From the IMG/VR virus record IMGVR_UViG_3300037424_001778, positions 109,586 to 164,882 of that record: DNA of 55,297 nucleotides. The stretch is one strand, 5' to 3'. This document shows positions 29,200 through 38,620 of this stretch, piece by piece. Every line of letters starts with the position of its first letter. Within the stretch, counting starts at the first letter, position 1. The notes beneath the pieces are model-generated. The model was not told where the DNA came from, did no database searches, and worked only from the letters and a program-made list of their open reading frames with translations. The translations under genes were made by a program, and so were the position numbers. The DNA is from a virus.

Positions 29200-30153
29200 A
29201 TGAATAACGACATCGAAAATCTCAACTATATCCGTAACTTCCTTACATCGAACCAAATCGCCTACACTGAAAGCGCCCCAGGCATCTTCGACATGGTCAG
29301 TGGGTCAGGCAAGCCCGTCCAGGTCCGATACGCCTCGGAAGACTTGAAAATCGTCTCCAAGCGCTTCAACATCCCCGGCGTTCCCATGGATTATTGCTAT
29401 AAGTATACCATCGAGCAAGAGAAGCTCGGTGTTCGGGTTATTTGGTGGAAGTCCTTCGAGCTTGAGGACCGTTTTGGCCCATCTTCAACCCGCAAGCGCA
29501 ACGTGATTCAGTCCTACATCCTTGCTGCGGTGGGGAAGGTCGGGACCCGGTTCTACGCTCGAGAGTGCGAAGTCAAGGAAATCACCAATGCGGTAGCCAA
29601 GCCCTTCCTTGCCGCCAACAGTTTTTACGGTCACCGCCCGGCCTCTTTGACGTATGGACTCTTCAGCAAGAGGGAGAATCGAGGGATTCCTGCCGGCACT
29701 CTTTTGATGGTGCTGAGCCTCGGAGGGGCCTATTACGGGAAGGGTCTCTACGACATCGAGGTGCTTCGTTCTTCAACCTTGCTGGACGTCCAGGTAGTCG
29801 GTGGGGCTTCCAAATTGATGAAGCACTGCTTCGCTTCGGACACCGTTGTGATTTCTGGGAAGGCAGTCAAGTGGGATAGTGTGGTTTTCTATGTGGATTT
29901 CTGTCATAATGACGGAGGATCGTTACCTGGCCTAGGCTTCAAGTTCTGGAAGGATTCCGGAGGGGGGCTAATGAACATCGACCTCGTCAAAGGCGAGACT
30001 TTCAATCGTCGACCAGCCCAACACAAGCAAATTATGCAGATGATGGCCGAAGGTCGTGTGGTTGCAGCTCCGCTTTGTGGGGTTCGAAACTACATCTACT
30101 GCAAAAGCGGCGATTACTCCAAGTACGGGATACCGGTTGAGCCTAAGCCATGA
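29200..30153 (+). CDS. Hef-like endonuclease-associated protein
   Basis: FYARECEVKEI..FLAANS..VVGGASKL, related to the C-terminal half of 13026..14456. Confidence 0.55.
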   Translation: MNNDIENLNYIRNFLTSNQIAYTESAPGIFDMVSGSGKPVQVRYASEDLKIVSKRFNIPGVPMDYCYKYTIEQEKLGVRVIWWKSFELEDRFGPSSTRKRNVIQSYILAAVGKVGTRFYARECEVKEITNAVAKPFLAANSFYGHRPASLTYGLFSKRENRGIPAGTLLMVLSLGGAYYGKGLYDIEVLRSSTLLDVQVVGGASKLMKHCFASDTVVISGKAVKWDSVVFYVDFCHNDGGSLPGLGFKFWKDSGGGLMNIDLVKGETFNRRPAQHKQIMQMMAEGRVVAAPLCGVRNYIYCKSGDYSKYGIPVEPKP

Positions 30154-30671
30154 AGCCCAACTCCATTAAGCTCAAGGCCCCACATCTCGAAGCCGGATGG
30201 CATCCGACCAAGAATGGAGATGTCAAGTTTGAGGATGTTTCTTTTGCCAATCCCAAAAATTATTGGTGGATTTGCCCTAAAGGGCATGAGTGGCCAGCTC
30301 ACCCCAATAGTCGGACGGCCATGAAAAGCGGTTGTCCTCATTGTAGCTCTTCCCGCTCCAAAGCAGAGCTGGCCATCTATGCGATAGTCAAGGAGAAATA
30401 CCCAGATGCTAAAAGCGGCAAGAAAGGGTTGCTACAGAACAAGAACTTTGAACTTGATGTCTATATTCCATTACTACGCAAAGCAATAGAATACGATGGA
30501 ACATATTGGCATTCTGACCCAGATAGAGTCAAACTTGACAGGAAAAAAGACGAACAATGCTTAGCCACGGGGATACAGCTCCTTCGAATTCCTGAAGCTG
30601 AATATGAGGCAGACCGTCCATCTACCGTCCAAAAGATTCTTGACTTTCTCGCCGCACCCCGAGTAAGGTAA
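30150..30671 (+). CDS. Zinc-ribbon plus Vsr/DUF559-like endonuclease
   Basis: WWICPKGHEW..CPHC, ELDVYIP..KAIEYDGTYWH. Confidence 0.75.
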   Translation: MKPNSIKLKAPHLEAGWHPTKNGDVKFEDVSFANPKNYWWICPKGHEWPAHPNSRTAMKSGCPHCSSSRSKAELAIYAIVKEKYPDAKSGKKGLLQNKNFELDVYIPLLRKAIEYDGTYWHSDPDRVKLDRKKDEQCLATGIQLLRIPEAEYEADRPSTVQKILDFLAAPRVR

Positions 30672-30675
30672 CCCC

Positions 30676-30960
30676 ATGACCCCCGCAGAAAAAGCGCTGG
30701 CCGCTGACATGCCATCCGTCATACACCCACATCTGACTCTGGACGATGCCGCAGATTTTACGTGGGATTGGCATGACAGATATTTGCTTGACACCAATTT
30801 CGGCTATTATGTATGGTACGCCGCCGCCGACGACAATACCATACGGCCCTACTACGGCAATCCGCTGGATTTCTGTGAGCGTGGGTACGCTGGGAAGTGG
30901 AAGGGCAACTACATCATTCGGGACTTTTGTGGCCCCGACGTGCGAATGGTGGTGGAATAA
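30676..30960 (+). CDS. Hypothetical protein
   Basis: TTGACT-18-TAAGGT-6-ATG. Confidence 0.55.
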   Translation: MTPAEKALAADMPSVIHPHLTLDDAADFTWDWHDRYLLDTNFGYYVWYAAADDNTIRPYYGNPLDFCERGYAGKWKGNYIIRDFCGPDVRMVVE

Positions 30961-31195
30961 ATGAGATTCTTCAAGTATCCAGATGAGTTGCGATGGGCTC
31001 TGACGGGTCGTTGGCCTATTCGCATGGAGTTCGCAGTGTATCCGGCTTATTGGCGCTTGGCATGGTCGCGAGGAAGTTCTTGGCACAGCACCTTTTTCCT
31101 GCTTGACCTGGGCCTCTTCCAGTTCTACATCACCACCCTTTCGCCAACGACCCGTGACCCTTGACACACGACCCAAGCTCAAGTATAACTACACC

Positions 31196-31363
31196 ATGAA
31201 CCTCTTCCTTCGAGCAGCAAAGAGCCTTTTCCCCTACGTTTTGTCCGTCCTAGTCGGCATGGCAGCTCTCGGCTTCTTCGGAGTCGGACTTCAGGGCGCA
31301 GTGTGGGCCGTCTTCGTGCTGGGTTTCTTTTGCCTGGCCGCTGAGGCCTACGCCCACCAGTGA
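31196..31363 (+). CDS. Small membrane protein
   Basis: Two hydrophobic segments; TTGACA-17-TATAAC-6-ATG. Confidence 0.55.
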   Translation: MNLFLRAAKSLFPYVLSVLVGMAALGFFGVGLQGAVWAVFVLGFFCLAAEAYAHQ

Positions 31364-31872
31364 ACGATATGAAAACATGGCGCTATTCAATCCCTAACGT
31401 CGACCACGAAGGTTGGGCTATACTGTTTCTGGACGAGACGGGGTGCTTTACCGCCTTGAGCGATTGGGGCAATGTCGGGTATAGGTGGAACCAGCGAGGG
31501 CTACCTGAAGGAGTTGACTTCCGACAGTTTTTGTTGGAGTGTGACGACGCCTACATCACACGCAAGCTAGGCCAGAACCGCACGGAGTACGACCCAGACG
31601 CCACCAAAAAGTCAATCCGCCAATACATTTTGCTGCGCCGTCGCGATTCGTACGACATCCGAGCTAAAGTCCGAGCCCGAGACGAATGGGACTACGTCGA
31701 CGGTATGGGCGACAGCCCTGGCGACTTCGAGCGTTGGATGGAAAATACCGGCATAGGCGACCCGTCCGAGCTGTACTGCACTCGCTATGTCAACGAAGTG
31801 ACTTCATTCATGAAACACGCGTGGCCTCGGTTACGTGAAGTAATTGGCCAAGACTTGAAGGAGAATCCATGA
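31360..31872 (+). CDS. Hypothetical phage protein
   Basis: Coupled ORF; SDWGN.GY.W motif. Confidence 0.6.
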   Translation: MNDMKTWRYSIPNVDHEGWAILFLDETGCFTALSDWGNVGYRWNQRGLPEGVDFRQFLLECDDAYITRKLGQNRTEYDPDATKKSIRQYILLRRRDSYDIRAKVRARDEWDYVDGMGDSPGDFERWMENTGIGDPSELYCTRYVNEVTSFMKHAWPRLREVIGQDLKENP

Positions 31873-32243
31873 CGTTTTATATTGGAGACATCGTCAGGGT
31901 GGGTAGCGCCAAGAGCAACTGCAGCTTGTATTGGAATCCAGACCCCAACGCCCGCTATATCATCGTGGGAATGGTGTCCTACCTCAATGGCCCCATGATG
32001 TACAACCTCGCCCTAGCAGACGACGACAGCAAGGAGTGCGGATACGTCACCAACGAAGATATGTTGTGCAAAGAGCCTCCATGTTATTCGTGTCTGTGGC
32101 GCGGTGTGGACGGTTATGGCTGCACCATCGGTACTTGTGATGATTTTGTTGCTTGGTGGAGTACGATTAACGGCAAACGGTGGCTCGATAGAGCGTACGG
32201 ACATTCCGCCCCATTCCAATCGCCCCATTATTTTGTGGATTAA
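31869..32243 (+). CDS. Hypothetical protein
   Basis: ATGA-coupled to the upstream gene. Confidence 0.5.
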   Translation: MTFYIGDIVRVGSAKSNCSLYWNPDPNARYIIVGMVSYLNGPMMYNLALADDDSKECGYVTNEDMLCKEPPCYSCLWRGVDGYGCTIGTCDDFVAWWSTINGKRWLDRAYGHSAPFQSPHYFVD

Positions 32244-32357
32244 TATGAACCGATATTGGGTCAACACGTATATAGGTTTCGCTTTTGGCGTGGTGTTTTT
32301 GGCAAGTTCGGCCGTCCTTGTAGGAGCCTTCATTCTTCAGTTGTTTGGAGTTTTGCC

Positions 32358-32612
32358 ATGAAAATCACCAACTTGGGCCCCGTCAGGCCTTTCGAGATTT
32401 CCGTCAAGCGTTTGTATCTTCCGTTTCGAGTTGAGGACGATTGCCCTGAATGCGGAAAGCGATGCGTCCACGACCTCAACAGCGACTCCCTGTCCTATCC
32501 CGTGCTCGGGGAGCCCATACACCTCTCTTTCTATTGCGAGGACGGACACGAAGTCGAGGAGTGGACCCAGACGGTTGTTCTGAATGTAACCCTGGAGCCC
32601 GCGCCCGAGTAA
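32358..32612 (+). CDS. Small zinc-binding protein
   Basis: CPECG...YCEDGH; ATG at 32358. Confidence 0.5.
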   Translation: MKITNLGPVRPFEISVKRLYLPFRVEDDCPECGKRCVHDLNSDSLSYPVLGEPIHLSFYCEDGHEVEEWTQTVVLNVTLEPAPE

Positions 32613-32664
32613 TCTAATTCACGGATATCCACGGCTCGCAAGGCCCAAAACTTCGGAGTTTCAA

Positions 32665-33015
32665 ATGTCACTTTCTACCCAGCTAGTCAAGAACCTTCTC
32701 ACCAGCGTTTGCAGCCAAGACCTCGGCAACGAGCTTGTCACTGCAACCAACCTCGGCCTTGGTCTCTCGGACCTTTCCAGCCATGCAATCGTTGGCGTCA
32801 TCGTAGCCACCAACGTTTCGCAGACGGTTGACTTCGGCGTCCTGGCCGTGGGCGACATCGTAGTCTATGTCCCAGCCGCAGCCGGCACCACCCACTTCGT
32901 GACGGTCGCCACCGCAGGGACCCTCGGAGAGGCCGCAGTTGTTGGAGACCTCTACATCGCCCTCCGCTCGCTCACCGCGATGAAGGCAGCAGCCGTGAGC
33001 AGCCAGGTTTTCTAA
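32665..33015 (+). CDS. Putative head decoration/cement protein
   Basis: A/V/G-rich, C-ending codons, TAATCT upstream and a terminator downstream. Confidence 0.5.
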   Translation: MSLSTQLVKNLLTSVCSQDLGNELVTATNLGLGLSDLSSHAIVGVIVATNVSQTVDFGVLAVGDIVVYVPAAAGTTHFVTVATAGTLGEAAVVGDLYIALRSLTAMKAAAVSSQVF

Positions 33016-33033
33016 TAGTCGTGATGTAACATC

Positions 33034-33105
33034 AACGCTGGGCTCCTTTAAACCTCGGATTTGTCTTCTCTCCGAGACCTCCCAAGGAGCCCAGCGTTTT
33101 CTTTT
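33034..33105 (+). terminator. Long hairpin / terminator
   Basis: aacgctgggctcctt...aaggagcccagcgtt followed by ttctttt. Confidence 0.6.
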
Positions 33106-33145
33106 GCCCTTGACATAGACACCTAGGTCGGTGTACCGTGTCGGT

Positions 33146-33358
33146 ATGACAAACACACAACGCGAGTTGTTCATGAAGGCCCGTGACGCCGCTAGCGGTT
33201 ACGCCAACGCGCTGCGTAGCGTGGCTTGCAAGTTCCCGGCCGACCCAACAACCCTCAAGACCCTCGATGCCGCCCTCGCATTGCTCGAGAGGTCAAAATT
33301 CTGGCTCCATGAGGCCCATGTGACCGTCCTCCTCAATGAAATCAACCCCAAGGGTTGA
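33146..33358 (+). CDS. Hypothetical protein
   Basis: TTGACA-18-TACCGT-6-ATG. Confidence 0.55.
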   Translation: MTNTQRELFMKARDAASGYANALRSVACKFPADPTTLKTLDAALALLERSKFWLHEAHVTVLLNEINPKG

Positions 33359-33390
33359 CACAACCCCCAAACGCCTGGTACCTTACCGAC

Positions 33391-33615
33391 ATGTCCAACA
33401 AACTCAGTCCCGAACAGGCCGTCGAAATCACCAGTCTTTGGTTGCTGGGGCGCCACACCATCTCTGAACTCGCAACGTACTACGGCGTGTCCATTCCTGA
33501 GACCAACACTATCATCAATACAATGAGCCCGTATTCCGTGGTGTGGTGGGCAGCAGACATTTGGCCGCTTCGCACCTGCGAGAAATACGACAACTACATT
33601 CGGAGCCATCGATGA
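33391..33615 (+). CDS. Small HTH-like protein
   Basis: TISELATYYGVS; TTGACA-18-TACCTT-6-ATG. Confidence 0.5.
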   Translation: MSNKLSPEQAVEITSLWLLGRHTISELATYYGVSIPETNTIINTMSPYSVVWWAADIWPLRTCEKYDNYIRSHR

Positions 33616-34256
33616 AATCACTCACGATTATTCTTGACCTGGATTCGACCGTGTGCGATTCTTTGCCCACTTGGCTTGACGCCATCGGCAAGAAAACCGG
33701 TGTGTACGCCAAGGTCAGTGACATCATCCAATGGCACATGCACCAGTGCCCACCATTGGACAAAGTAGACCCCAAGATTGTCTACGGGTTCCTGGACGAA
33801 CCGGGCTTCAATCTGGGTCTCCCCGTCATGCCCGGCGCACAAGATGCTGTTGCAAAGCTAATGGCAGATGGGCACAAGCTCTATTTTGTGACAGCCCGCT
33901 TTGGCGCAACCGGGATGGCCGAAACGGTTGAGTGGATGAAGCGTCATTTCCCGGCCATCAATCCCAAGACCCAACTCGGGTTTTTCGCCGACAAGCACCT
34001 CATCGAAGCTGACGTCATCGTAGACGACCGAGCCGAAACCCTGGAAGCTTATTGGCTGAGTCACCCATATTCCACTACCATAGGCATTGCCTACCCATAC
34101 AATGTGCGTCTAGCTGACAAGCCATGGCATCGCCTGGTGCCCTACGGCCCAGACGCCTGGGGCAAAATTGTCAAAATCGTCACGAAGGTGGCGCGCACCG
34201 AAGACGACCTGAAGGCAGGTTACACTGACATCGAGCTTTTGGACTTGGGCCACTGA
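33612..34256 (+). CDS. 5'(3')-deoxyribonucleotidase (HAD family)
   Basis: LDLDSTVCD, FVTAR, DK..ADVIVDD, YPYN. Confidence 0.85.
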   Translation: MKSLTIILDLDSTVCDSLPTWLDAIGKKTGVYAKVSDIIQWHMHQCPPLDKVDPKIVYGFLDEPGFNLGLPVMPGAQDAVAKLMADGHKLYFVTARFGATGMAETVEWMKRHFPAINPKTQLGFFADKHLIEADVIVDDRAETLEAYWLSHPYSTTIGIAYPYNVRLADKPWHRLVPYGPDAWGKIVKIVTKVARTEDDLKAGYTDIELLDLGH

Positions 34257-34369
34257 CCGATTTGTGAGCAGCATTCATAGCTTTAATACATGCTATGTGG
34301 GTTTCAATAACGTAATCTAGGGTGTTGACATCGGGGTTGGGAGCTGGCATAGTACGAAACATCAAAGCA

Positions 34370-34453
34370 GAGCTAGAAACCTTAAGAGGAATCATAGGGG
34401 GCACCTCAACCGGTTCGCCGGTCTGGATGCAGGTTCGAATCCTGCCTAGCTCG
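34370..34453 (+). ncRNA. tRNA-like RNA with a branched central arm
   Basis: Acceptor GAGCTAG/CTAGCTC and T arm GCAGG-TTCGAAT-CCTGC; no 7-nt anticodon loop. Confidence 0.6.
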
Positions 34454-34474
34454 TAGAAAATCCTCTACGGTTTT

Positions 34475-34555
34475 GGTGGGACCCAAGCGGGGGAGAGCCT
34501 TCCGGGCGAAAGCCATCGGCTCTCCTATCGGTGCAATACCGACTCCCATCTACCA
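34475..34555 (+). ncRNA. tRNA-like RNA with a GNRA-capped central arm and 3' CCA
   Basis: GGTGGGA/TCCCATC, GGAGAGCC/GGCTCTCC, GGC-GAAA-GCC, TCGG-TGCAATA-CCGA; ends ACCA. Confidence 0.55.
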
Positions 34556-34652
34556 CAACGCAAGCGCTCGCAGCCTAAATAGCGCCATCACATAAATAAT
34601 AGGCAACCTCCGAGGTCCCCGTAGAGCGAGGAGACCTCGGAGGACAAGTTTT

Positions 34653-34739
34653 GGGCCATTAGCTCAATTGGAAGAGCAAACGGAAGGTGGGTCGCACCCA
34701 CGTACCGTTATGGTGGAGGTTCGAATCCTTCATAGTCCA
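34653..34739 (+). ncRNA. tRNA-like RNA with an extended anticodon arm
   Basis: Canonical D arm TAGCTCAATTGGAAGAGC and T arm GGAGG-TTCGAAT-CCTTC. The AACGG/CCGTT stem is extended by a GTGGGT/ACCCAC helix. Confidence 0.7.
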
Positions 34740-34791
34740 CTGCAGTACCCGATTGCAACCGGATTGTTGCAAACTATAAAGGATAGATATT

Positions 34792-35385
34792 ATGAATACG
34801 CCCCCAAACGGCAAGCCAGTAACAGACAAAGATTTGTGTGACTTCATGGACACGCTGAAGACCCAACCCAAGCCCCAAAAGGGTTACAGCAAGGCTTTGT
34901 CCGTGCTCGAGAAGGCGATGGATAGCAGCATCGAGGCCGTGCGGGTCGACGCAGCCAAGACCTTCCTGGAATACAGAGGGGTCCCGGTCAAAGCGGAGGC
35001 GCTCGCAAAATCTCAGGTGACGTCGCCAGACAAAAGCCCTCTGGCGGTCTTCCAGTGGGTCGCTTCAGGTACGGTGCGTCTAGAGAAGGCGAACTGGGTG
35101 CCAGAAGGCAGCGCCCTGTACGTCACCGACAGCACCAACGGCATGGACGCAAGATTTGGTTCGGCCGTAGATACGCAAGAAGGGGTGGAAGGCGTCCACT
35201 TTGCTTACGCCCTGGACTCCGTAGACCTTAAGGTCATTATCATGAATCCTAAAGACCTGGCCGTCTACAACAAAGCCGCTTTAGTTAAGGCGAAGCTCGA
35301 TGTGGGCGTTCGTCCGGCGAAGTGTGTTGGTTGCGCTGCGCACGGTACACCGGCTTGCGCTGGCTCGGAGTGTTCGGAGCGCTAA
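34792..35385 (+). CDS. Hypothetical protein with LEK|A and LAK|S motifs
   Basis: Clear ORF followed by a terminator. Confidence 0.6.
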   Translation: MNTPPNGKPVTDKDLCDFMDTLKTQPKPQKGYSKALSVLEKAMDSSIEAVRVDAAKTFLEYRGVPVKAEALAKSQVTSPDKSPLAVFQWVASGTVRLEKANWVPEGSALYVTDSTNGMDARFGSAVDTQEGVEGVHFAYALDSVDLKVIIMNPKDLAVYNKAALVKAKLDVGVRPAKCVGCAAHGTPACAGSECSER

Positions 35386-35401
35386 ATAAACAGGAGCCCA
35401 A

Positions 35402-35439
35402 CCCCCGGGAGCCCACAAAGCTTCCGGGGGTTTTCTTTT
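35402..35439 (+). terminator. Intrinsic terminator
   Basis: cccccgggagc..gcttccggggg followed by ttttctttt. Confidence 0.7.
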
Positions 35440-35834
35440 GGCGGGGTTATGGTAGAATGCTTCCATGATGACCAAAACTGAGTGGTGGATTGAGTTTGAT
35501 GCTTACGGCGAAGGCACCTTGAAGATTGGCCCCTTTGCTTCACAAAAGGCATCTTCGGACTGGGCCGATACCCAAAAGTGGGCCAACGGCTGCAACTTGC
35601 GTACGGTTCGCGTCATCGTGGAGGAGCAACCATGAAGGTAGAGTTTTGGCTAGAATACGTCACGATGGACGGACGCGTTATCCCGCGTCTGCGTCAAGGG
35701 CCATTCAAGACAGAAGCTGAAGCCCTGAAAGCCCCGCCCCCAGCGGTTCGATACTCCACCACTTCTCGACCGGTGCGGGTAGTGCGGGTAGAGGAAGAAT
35801 CCGGCTCTGTAGCCTTGCTCAACAAGGTAATTCC

Positions 35835-36449
35835 ATGAAAATCATCGAATCGTCCGTCTCTCTAGAGTGGGCTACCCCGAATCCTGCCAAGATGATTGAA
35901 ATGGCAGCAAGAACCTGTTACAAATCGGAGCCCTCCTCCGAGGCGTCGGACGATTTCGTCAAGCGCATCGTGATTCAAAAGGGCCACAAGTCTGTCATGG
36001 AGCATGTATCGGCTTCGTTGCGAATCATCACCGACCGAGGCATCAGCCACGAGGTAGTCAGACATCGGTTGGCATCCTACAGCCAGGAAAGCACCAGGTA
36101 CGTTAATTACACCAAAGACAATCATGGTGCTGGCGACATCCAATTCCTATTGCCACTGGACCTGACACCCGAGCAAACCGAGTTCGCCCTGAAGGCGTAC
36201 CAGACCGAGCAAGACCTCTACAACGAAGCCATTCGCCTAGGGATGACTCCCCAGCAGGCCCGCGACTTCCTACCCAATGGCGTCAAAACTGAATTAGTTA
36301 TGACGTGCAACGCAAGAGAATGGCTTGAGTCCTTCCTTCATCTTCGAACTTCTAAGGTAGCGCACCCCAAGATGCGCGTGGTGGCCAGGCAAGCTGGGTA
36401 TATCCTAGCCGATTGGTGTCCGTGTCTATTCGAGCAGTATCGGAGGTAA
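35835..36449 (+). CDS. thyX: FAD-dependent thymidylate synthase
   Basis: GHKSVMEH, RGISHEVVRHRLASYSQESTRY, ARDFLP, AHPKMR. Confidence 0.95.
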   Translation: MKIIESSVSLEWATPNPAKMIEMAARTCYKSEPSSEASDDFVKRIVIQKGHKSVMEHVSASLRIITDRGISHEVVRHRLASYSQESTRYVNYTKDNHGAGDIQFLLPLDLTPEQTEFALKAYQTEQDLYNEAIRLGMTPQQARDFLPNGVKTELVMTCNAREWLESFLHLRTSKVAHPKMRVVARQAGYILADWCPCLFEQYRR

Positions 36450-36631
36450 CATGAAAGCCCCAACCTACCCCAAGCTCACCGAAATCGCCCACGCCCTAGA
36501 AGGGGTCGAGTACGGCTCCAAGAAGTGGCGAAAGCTGATGACGCAACTCGACATCGTCACTGGCCGCAATGACTTCGCCCACCCTGAAAGCGCAGACCCC
36601 GACCTCGAAAAAGACTGGGAAGAGGTCAACC

Positions 36632-36946
36632 ATGGCGACTGACCAGCTCCTCGAAGTTGAAAGCATGCTGGAGAACATGTCCAGGACTGGGGCTCTTGAG
36701 CCAGATTCGTACTACAAGTGCCTGGCCTCTCTAGCATCAGACCATGCAGTCAAGTATCTGGACGTCGAAAAGGCTTTGGTGCTCTTGAATAAGCTGCCAC
36801 CAGAGTATCTGTCCCAGGTCCTAGTTCAACAGATGGCGGCTGACTGTTGGTTCGCGGAAGCGATGACGCAGTTGACGTACCGAATGCAACAGCTTGGTGT
36901 AATCGGCAACGTGCAAAAATGCAATATGCTGCCAGCGGAGGCGTGA
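36632..36946 (+). CDS. Hypothetical protein
   Basis: ATG at 36632 after GAGG. Confidence 0.5.
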   Translation: MATDQLLEVESMLENMSRTGALEPDSYYKCLASLASDHAVKYLDVEKALVLLNKLPPEYLSQVLVQQMAADCWFAEAMTQLTYRMQQLGVIGNVQKCNMLPAEA

Positions 36947-37120
36947 AATGCAACGGTACTTCGAGATTTACGAAGTAATGATTAAATATGACGGCGTAGA
37001 GGTCCTCTTCCGTGAATTCGACCAAGATGGAAGGGTCGCGTTCACAGGCAGGCGCAATCTATTCCTATGCATGGTCCACGTTTGCCCTGACCCGATTTGC
37101 AATTCTGACACTCCATCACC

Positions 37121-37804
37121 ATGTCACATTTCTCCGACGTAAGACCGCATTTCCCAGGGGTCCCGAAAAACAACACGCTTCAGGTCGGGGGTCAAGGCGA
37201 CTACACAATCGCAATAAGTTCGCTTCAGACTCTGTGTGACTGTCTTGATGGCGGTGATAGCATCGCCTGTAATATATGGGATTGTGCTTTCGCTCTAACA
37301 AGCACCCGCTTCCTAAACACCTCAGCGATGGATGGGCAGATAATATGGATTCTAAGCACAAATACGACAAGTGGCTGGGCGAAGCGTGTCGAACGGGCCT
37401 CGCCCGCACCGCTATCCTCAAATCACGGATTTGACATCCCAGACCGAATCATTGAAGACGCCCATTTGTGGTACTTCACGGCGATGGTGCTGCCTGACAT
37501 CGACCCAAACGTCTCATGGCAATGGCAGAACCCAATCTCCGTGTATGCTTCCGGCAAAATTGTCGGGTGTGGTGTGTTGTTTGTCGAGGACCGCCAGCTC
37601 TATGCTGAGTGCGCCGTCGACTATGCCATCCCAGAGCGGCTCGACGTAGAGTCCGGCACCAAGATTTGGTGCCTTCCAAAGGTGAGCGTATTCCCAGCCA
37701 CCCTGGCCACCAGACACCAACACACTGTCGTTGATTTCGAGCGACTGGAGCTACGGAATGCCTGTACAAATTCGGACCACGAGCCGATTCGGAGTAACGA
37801 ATGA
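37121..37804 (+). CDS. Hypothetical protein (start uncertain)
   Basis: Long ORF in a gene-dense region. Confidence 0.4.
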   Translation: MSHFSDVRPHFPGVPKNNTLQVGGQGDYTIAISSLQTLCDCLDGGDSIACNIWDCAFALTSTRFLNTSAMDGQIIWILSTNTTSGWAKRVERASPAPLSSNHGFDIPDRIIEDAHLWYFTAMVLPDIDPNVSWQWQNPISVYASGKIVGCGVLFVEDRQLYAECAVDYAIPERLDVESGTKIWCLPKVSVFPATLATRHQHTVVDFERLELRNACTNSDHEPIRSNE

Positions 37805-38278
37805 TTCCCCCACGAACGCACCCCGGTCAACGGTACCATATCCCCCTTTTCACCAAGCTGATGCTTGATGCTGGGGTGGACGAGAATTTGGTCCGCAGGG
37901 CCGCAGAAATGGCCTACAACTACCGCGAGGTATACGATTTGATGGAGCGGTGGTGGTATATGTCTTGGCGCAGTCAGGAATACCTCCTCATCCTTCGCTA
38001 CGCCGTAGATGAATACTCATCCGCACCTTGGTATCGGCGTGCATGGATTCGCATTCAATGGTTTCTTGAAGGGATTCAAGATGAAAGCAAATGACGTCAG
38101 TTTCTGGGCTTGCTTTGTTGGTGCTTGGTTCGACATGATGTGCTCCTTCGCTGTCATGGGCGTATTACATATCAGGAATCTGGCTATGCTCTTCTTGGGT
38201 GCGGCGTTGGCTTTCGCTATCGGAGCACTTTGTTTTTGGTTGAATGAGAAGGAGTAGTTTCGGTGTAATCTAAACACC

Positions 38279-38611
38279 ATGCCAGCCTTCATCACACGCG
38301 AGCTTCTGAAGACAGACCAGCTCAGCCCAAACCCCCTAGTCGAGACCACCACTGAAGTATTCTATCTTGGCGGCCTCGAAGTAGTGTATCCCACCAACAA
38401 CTACCCAGGTGGATGGAATGGGTGGGCTGGTGCGTACTACGGCAATTCGTACCCCTACCCAAACAATATGTATCCATATGGATGCGGCGGCAATCCCTAC
38501 GGTAGCCCATACGGCAACCCTCCTTACTTTTTGCGCCAGCACCGCCTAACTCGCGCTGAACTCATCGACCTACAAACCAAAATCACAGATGCGCTGGCCA
38601 TCGCACCGTAA
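38279..38611 (+). CDS. Tyr/Gly/Pro/Asn-rich protein, probably late/virion
   Basis: TAATCT just upstream; YPGG/YGNP low-complexity core. Confidence 0.55.
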   Translation: MPAFITRELLKTDQLSPNPLVETTTEVFYLGGLEVVYPTNNYPGGWNGWAGAYYGNSYPYPNNMYPYGCGGNPYGSPYGNPPYFLRQHRLTRAELIDLQTKITDALAIAP

Positions 38612-38620
38612 GGACCGACC

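Noticed and set aside
34679-34709. Group I or archaeal-type tRNA intron in the third tRNA-like RNA
   Set aside because: Far too short for group I. The symmetric 3x3 loop is not a bulge-helix-bulge, and no simple excision restores a U33-containing loop.
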